Source: Deltaproteobacteria bacterium | Lineage (GTDB): Bacteria; Myxococcota_A; UBA9160; SMWR01 | Length of the DNA: 10,848 nt | Direction: 5' to 3' | NCBI GenBank assembly: GCA_032128375.1 | Contig: JAQBGU010000193.1 | Location: 1 to 10,848, forward strand | Shown here: positions 6,689 through 10,848 of the stretch, piece after piece | Position numbering within the stretch: position 1 is the stretch's first letter | How the letters are laid out: every line of letters starts with the position of its first letter | Position numbers and translations under genes: made by a program | Notes under the pieces: model-generated | Told to the model about the DNA's origin: nothing | Seen by the model: only the letters and a program-made list of their open reading frames with translations | Databases searched by the model: none

Positions 6689-7474
6689 ATGAAGTTCTCG
6701 AATACGGCTGGGATCGCGGTGATGGCCATCGTCCTCGCCTGCGGAAGCGAATTTCCTGACGGGCACCTCATCGATCTGTCCCACGCCTACTCACCGGACG
6801 CCATCTACTGGCCCACTGACGAGCGCGGCTTCGAGTACCAGAGCCTCTTCGCCGGGCAAAGCGATGGCGGTTATTACTACGCCGCCGGCCGCTTCTCTAC
6901 CGCTGAGCACGGCGGCACTCACATCGACGCCCCAATCCACTTTGCGGAAGGCAAACCCACGGTAGATCGGATCCCCCTCGATCGACTCGTGGGCCCCGCC
7001 ATTCTCATCGACGTGGAACCCGCCTGCGCGGCGGACCCGGACTATCAGGTCGGTGTTCAGGACCTGCTTGATTGGGAGAGGGATCACGGCCCGATCGACC
7101 GCGGGGTGATCGTGTTGCTTCGAACCGGCTGGTCGACGCGTTGGAGCGACCGCGAGCGTTACCTGGGCACGGCCGCGACAGGAGCCGGTGCGGTGCTCGA
7201 GCTCCACTTTCCGGGCCTCGAGCCCGACGCGGCCCGCTGGCTCGCGGAACAGCGCAGCATCGCCGCCGTCGGGCTCGACACGCCAAGTATCGACCACGGT
7301 CCGTCCAGGGACTTCATGAGCCACCGCATCCTGTTCGAGCACGAGATCCCCGCGTTCGAGAACCTGACGAACCTGTCCGAGCTCCCGGTGCGGAAGTTCT
7401 CGGTGATGGCGTTGCCGATGAAGATCGCAGGCGGGACCGGCGCACCGCTTCGCGCGGTCGCGATCGTGCCGTAA
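6689..7474 (+). CDS. Cyclase-family metal-dependent amidohydrolase (kynurenine formamidase / isatin hydrolase-like), predicted lipoprotein (261 aa)
   Basis: IDLSH, HxGTHxDxPxH (EHGGTHIDAPIHF), LLRTGW, HFPGL, GLDTPSID, ENLTNL and PMKIAGGTGAPLR. Signal peptide ending VLA-C18. GAGGA RBS at 6677-6681. Confidence 0.94.
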   Translation: MKFSNTAGIAVMAIVLACGSEFPDGHLIDLSHAYSPDAIYWPTDERGFEYQSLFAGQSDGGYYYAAGRFSTAEHGGTHIDAPIHFAEGKPTVDRIPLDRLVGPAILIDVEPACAADPDYQVGVQDLLDWERDHGPIDRGVIVLLRTGWSTRWSDRERYLGTAATGAGAVLELHFPGLEPDAARWLAEQRSIAAVGLDTPSIDHGPSRDFMSHRILFEHEIPAFENLTNLSELPVRKFSVMALPMKIAGGTGAPLRAVAIVP

Positions 7475-7629
7475 GCGGTTCGATTCCGCAGCCTAGGGAA
7501 TCAGAAATACGGCTGATGCCGCGGGGCCGCGCGTGCGAACCACGCCAATCCGGCGTATTGCCGCAAGGCAGACAGCACAACGCACCACCCATCGGGACGT
7601 GCCACCGGATGATCATGGGCCGGACTCAG

Positions 7630-8517
7630 TCAGCCTCCGGCGATGATCTCGTCGAGGTAAGCGAGCACGGCGTCGCGCAACACCGGGAGCGACTTGTAGC
7701 GTTGCATGTCGTCCGGCATGGTCCGGATGCCAGCAGCGATTCTCGCCGCGCGGTCGACGTCCGACACTGCACTCGCGAGGGGTTCCCGCAGGATTCGCAC
7801 GCCAAAGAGTGCAGCGCCGGTCGACGGGAGCCGCTGCAAGGTCTGGTGTTCGCGGCGAAGCCATACCTTCTGGCCCGCGTTGTCGGGAGTGATTTCTTGA
7901 TTGGGTTCTTCGCGGAATTTGCCTGACGGTTGATACAGCCCCGGTTCGTCGAGGAGTGACCAGTTGCCTCGCTGGAACACTCGGCCGGGCTTCATCTTTT
8001 CGAAGAAGCGATCGGCAGATGCAGCGAGCGGGCCGGAGTATCCGGGTACGCGCGCATGGATCTCGACGAGCGGCAGGCCCAGCTTGGAGGGCAGGTCCCA
8101 GCGCGTCGGGAAGCACACTGCCGCAGCAGTCAGGACCCAACCGGGGTCGCGCCGCTCGAGGATACACAGATCTTCTTGCACGAGCCGCGCAGCAGTTTCA
8201 AGTGGCGGAGCGGGCCCGTTGATTACGACCTCCGGCCCGTCCGGGAGTGCGCGGATCGTATCGCCGGTGATTGCGTAGTGATCGCGTCGGTGGCTCTCCA
8301 CATGCCGGACGACGGTATCGCGCGCTTCGGCCTGAGCGAGCCTCGAGTCGTTGAGCTCTACAAACACCTGCGATCGTTCGTCACGCAGCAGACGGTCTTT
8401 GAGCCAGAGATCCGCCGACAACGAATCGTCGCTGACAAGCCAATCTCGCTCATCGACCACGGACAACAGTCCCATCACCAAGCGGTGTGGGACATGCACG
8501 ACCTCCTCTAGGCGCAT
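7630..8517 (-). CDS. DUF3445 / heme-dependent oxidative N-demethylase alpha-subunit-like protein
   Basis: MGL...WL..D, LVQEDLCIL, VCFPTRW..KLG.PL.EIH.RVPGY, QRGNWSL, LRREHQTLQRLP.TGA.LF and YKSL are the conserved blocks of this family. The exact start is uncertain (ATG 8517 chosen). Confidence 0.9.
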   Translation of the reverse strand: MRLEEVVHVPHRLVMGLLSVVDERDWLVSDDSLSADLWLKDRLLRDERSQVFVELNDSRLAQAEARDTVVRHVESHRRDHYAITGDTIRALPDGPEVVINGPAPPLETAARLVQEDLCILERRDPGWVLTAAAVCFPTRWDLPSKLGLPLVEIHARVPGYSGPLAASADRFFEKMKPGRVFQRGNWSLLDEPGLYQPSGKFREEPNQEITPDNAGQKVWLRREHQTLQRLPSTGAALFGVRILREPLASAVSDVDRAARIAAGIRTMPDDMQRYKSLPVLRDAVLAYLDEIIAGG

Positions 8518-8607
8518 TGCCAAATTCGCACCCCACGTAGCGATGCTGCGACGCCGCGCGGATGTTCGTGCTGTCTGACGTTACTGGCTCTCTTTGCTCG
8601 CTTGCCG

Positions 8608-8659
8608 CTCACGCGTTAGCCCGGTTGCAACACAACGACTTCCGGGTTCGTTCGGTGAG
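8608..8659 (-). terminator. Long imperfect hairpin downstream of the nitronate monooxygenase-family gene
   Basis: Minus-strand RNA has nested pairings CUCAC/GUGAG, CCCGG/CCGGG and GUUG/CAAC, starting 9 nt after the stop. No U-tract. Confidence 0.35.
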
Positions 8660-8668
8660 TCGGGTCGA

Positions 8669-9646
8669 TCATGCGGCTAGCATTCCCGCCAGGCGCTGCG
8701 TGATGATGACTTCCGCCTCGCTGATGATTCGATCGATGAGTTCCTTCACCGTGGGTATGTCGTGGATGAGCCCTGCGACCATGCCGCACGACCAGGCCCC
8801 CGCATCCACATCGCCATCCCGCATGACCCGCGGATAGATGCCGGCCACTTCAGGAATGATGTCTTCGAATTTGAGGTCCGCACCCAGGGCTTTCTCTTTT
8901 TCGATCAAGCGCTCCACGCCCGCGTTGTTCAGTACCCGTTCGGTGTTGCGCAAACCGCGCATGATGAGACGCGTATCGAGTTCCGACGCATCCACGAGAG
9001 CCTGTTTCACCTTTTCATGCACGGGAGCTTCCTTTGTTGCGATGAAGCGCGTTCCCATGTTCATGCCGTCCGCGCCCATGGCCAGGGACGCGACGAGGCT
9101 TCGCGCATCCGCCATGCCGCCAGAAGAAACAAATGGAATCGAAAGTTCTTCTGCTGCGCGGGGCAGCAGGATGAAGTTCGTCACATCATCTTCGCCGGGG
9201 TGACCGCCACATTCGAAGCCATCAACGGATACGGCGTCGCAGCCGATCTGCTCCGCCTTGAGCGCGTGGCGCACGGAAGTGCATTTATGAATGACTTTGA
9301 TTCCCGCTTCATCGAGCATCGGAAGCCACTTGGCGGGATTATTCCCCGCGGTCTCAACGATCTTGATACCGCTTTCGATGATGACCTTGAACAGCCCAGG
9401 ATAGTCGGGCGGCTTGACAGCGGGAAGAAACGTCATGTTGACGCCGAAGGGCTTGTCGGTCATGTCGCGGCATCGCGCGATTTCGTGGGCGAGTTTCTGG
9501 GGTGTGCCCTGAGTCAGCCCGGTGATGATGCCAAGGCCTCCCGCGTTGGAGACAGCTGCTGCGAGTTCGGCGAGGCCCACGAAATGCATACCGCCCTGGA
9601 TGATGGGATGCGCGATGCCAAAAAGTTCAGTGATTCGCGTTCTCAT
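8669..9646 (-). CDS. Nitronate monooxygenase-family (2-nitropropane dioxygenase / FabK-like) FMN-dependent oxidoreductase, 325 aa
   Basis: TRITELFGI.HPIIQGGM, LAAAVSNAGGLG, TDKPFGVN, DGFECGGHPG, SGGMAD, MGTRFIATKE and GMVAGLIHDIP. GAGGAGG RBS at 9654-9660. Confidence 0.95.
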   Translation of the reverse strand: MRTRITELFGIAHPIIQGGMHFVGLAELAAAVSNAGGLGIITGLTQGTPQKLAHEIARCRDMTDKPFGVNMTFLPAVKPPDYPGLFKVIIESGIKIVETAGNNPAKWLPMLDEAGIKVIHKCTSVRHALKAEQIGCDAVSVDGFECGGHPGEDDVTNFILLPRAAEELSIPFVSSGGMADARSLVASLAMGADGMNMGTRFIATKEAPVHEKVKQALVDASELDTRLIMRGLRNTERVLNNAGVERLIEKEKALGADLKFEDIIPEVAGIYPRVMRDGDVDAGAWSCGMVAGLIHDIPTVKELIDRIISEAEVIITQRLAGMLAA

Positions 9647-9757
9647 TCCGGTGCCTCCTCGATATGGCGGAGAATGCCTGGGATCCCGCTGGCTCTCGGT
9701 TCTGTTCGAGTCGCAGCATTGCGGGCTGCGAACATGCAAGCCGAGTGTCGATCCTAG

Positions 9758-9782
9758 ATAGTGACATTCATTGTGCCACTAT
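9758..9782. promoter_or_regulatory. AT-rich dyad, candidate transcription-factor operator between divergent genes
   Basis: ATAGTGACA-N7-TGCCACTAT, 8 of 9 positions symmetric. Confidence 0.55.
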
Positions 9783-9855
9783 GCCAGCAGCCAACTGACG
9801 GAAGCCCGAGGCGGGAAACCAGCCGCGAGCCGTCTCGATGAGTTTTCGCAGCTTC

Positions 9856-9884
9856 TTGGCGCAGGAATCTTTCAGGCGTACGAT
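9856..9884 (+). promoter_or_regulatory. sigma70-type promoter for yghU
   Basis: TTGGCG (9856-9861), 17 nt spacer, TACGAT (9879-9884), 30 nt upstream of the GTG start. Confidence 0.5.
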
Positions 9885-9914
9885 CATGCCATCAGAAACG
9901 AGAAAGGACTCACT

Positions 9915-10790
9915 GTGACCGACACTGCTTCGTACACGCCACCCAGAGTCTGGGAATGGGATGCTGAAAGTGGTGGGCGTTTCGCCAATATCAATCGGCC
10001 TATCGCCGGCGCTACGCACGCCAAAGAGTTGCCAGTCGGAAAGCATCCCTTGCAGCTCTATTCACTAGCAACACCCAACGGCGTAAAGGTCACAGTGCTC
10101 CTGGAAGAACTGCTGGCACTCGGCAAGCAGGACGCCGAGTACGACGCATACTTCATCAATATCGGCGCAGGCGACCAGTTCGGGAGCGGCTTCGTAGCGG
10201 CGAACCCGAATTCCAAGATCCCGGCCATGGTCGACCACAGCACATCGCCGCCGACCCGTGTCTTCGAATCCGGAGCGATTCTGGTCTATCTGGCGGAAAA
10301 ATTCGATGCGTTTCTTCCCACAGAGCCCTCCGCCCGAGCTGAATGCATGTCCTGGCTGTTTTGGCAGATGGGCAGTGCCCCGTACCTGGGAGGCGGCTTC
10401 GGACACTTCTACGCCTATGCACCGGTAAAGATCGAGTACGCGATCGACCGTTTCGCCATGGAGGTGAAGCGTCAACTCGACGTTCTCGATCGACATTTGG
10501 CAGATCACGAGTTCATGGCTGGCGATGAGTACACGATCGCCGACATGTCGATCTGGCCCTGGTACGGCGGCGTGATGGCCAACGTGGTTTACAACGCGGC
10601 CGAGTTTCTCGAAACGCACACCTACACCAACGTGCAGCGCTGGATGCACGTGATCGAAGCGCGGAAGGCGGTCCGACGGGGACGAATGGTCAACGGTGTG
10701 TTCGGCAAGCCGGAGAACCAGCTGCGCGAACGGCACGACGCTGGGGACTTCGAAACCAAGACCCAGGACAAACTGGAGGCGGCAAGCTAA
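9915..10790 (+). CDS. yghU: Glutathione-dependent disulfide-bond oxidoreductase (Nu-class GST), 291 aa
   Basis: YTPPRVWEW....GGRFANINRPIAGATH.KELPVGKHPLQLYSLATPNGVKV, NPNSKIPA, FESGAIL, GGGFGHFYAYAP and QLRERHDA.DF are diagnostic for YghU. GTG at 9915 follows an AAGGA RBS (9904-9908). Confidence 0.96.
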   Translation: MTDTASYTPPRVWEWDAESGGRFANINRPIAGATHAKELPVGKHPLQLYSLATPNGVKVTVLLEELLALGKQDAEYDAYFINIGAGDQFGSGFVAANPNSKIPAMVDHSTSPPTRVFESGAILVYLAEKFDAFLPTEPSARAECMSWLFWQMGSAPYLGGGFGHFYAYAPVKIEYAIDRFAMEVKRQLDVLDRHLADHEFMAGDEYTIADMSIWPWYGGVMANVVYNAAEFLETHTYTNVQRWMHVIEARKAVRRGRMVNGVFGKPENQLRERHDAGDFETKTQDKLEAAS

Positions 10791-10848
10791 AGGCTGCTGA
10801 AGCGGATCGGCAGGGAGTCCCGTCCGTGGCGCTGCGTATATAAAGGAT

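Noticed and set aside
7475..7500. tRNA gene or tRNA-derived attachment site suggested by GGTTCGATTCC
   Set aside because: Only a 4-bp stem, no acceptor stem or CCA, no D or anticodon arm, and no integrase nearby.
8669..9646. Lower GC in the flavoprotein gene as a sign of horizontal transfer (hand count 30/60 at 9121-9180 vs 44/60 at 7201-7260)
   Set aside because: Two hand-picked spot counts only. The protein is Lys/Ile/Met-rich and there are no mobility genes or boundary repeats. A GC3/codon-usage analysis would be needed.
8762..9757. 331-aa antisense ORF over the flavoprotein gene, and similar long shadow ORFs (136-858, 1053-1934, 2431-3234, 5572-6333, 7072-7926)
   Set aside because: They overlap well-supported genes, have no recognisable motifs, and are expected from stop-codon scarcity in GC-rich coding DNA.

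Overview
GC-rich bacterial DNA carrying a patchwork of mostly unlinked lipid, redox and xenobiotic-type metabolic genes. In order: the 5' end of a haloalkane dehalogenase (cut by the window edge, absent from the ORF track), a C-terminal cytochrome P450 remnant, a DUF411/CopG-like metal-binding lipoprotein, a short acyl-CoA synthetase remnant (absent from the ORF track), a conserved membrane protein, a crotonase-family enzyme, a DUF4202 protein, a WS/DGAT acyltransferase with a near-consensus sigma54 promoter and a candidate enhancer palindrome, two co-oriented predicted lipoproteins (CPPED1-like metallophosphoesterase and cyclase-family amidohydrolase), a DUF3445/HODM-alpha-like heme protein, a nitronate monooxygenase-family flavoprotein and a divergent yghU. 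I see no mobile element, CRISPR array, rRNA or complete tRNA, and no convincing new multi-gene system. The best leads are regulatory (sigma54 control of WS/DGAT, leaderless-type starts, an operator between the flavoprotein gene and yghU), two gene relics and a few atypical family members. All family calls come from motif recognition by eye, not from database searches.
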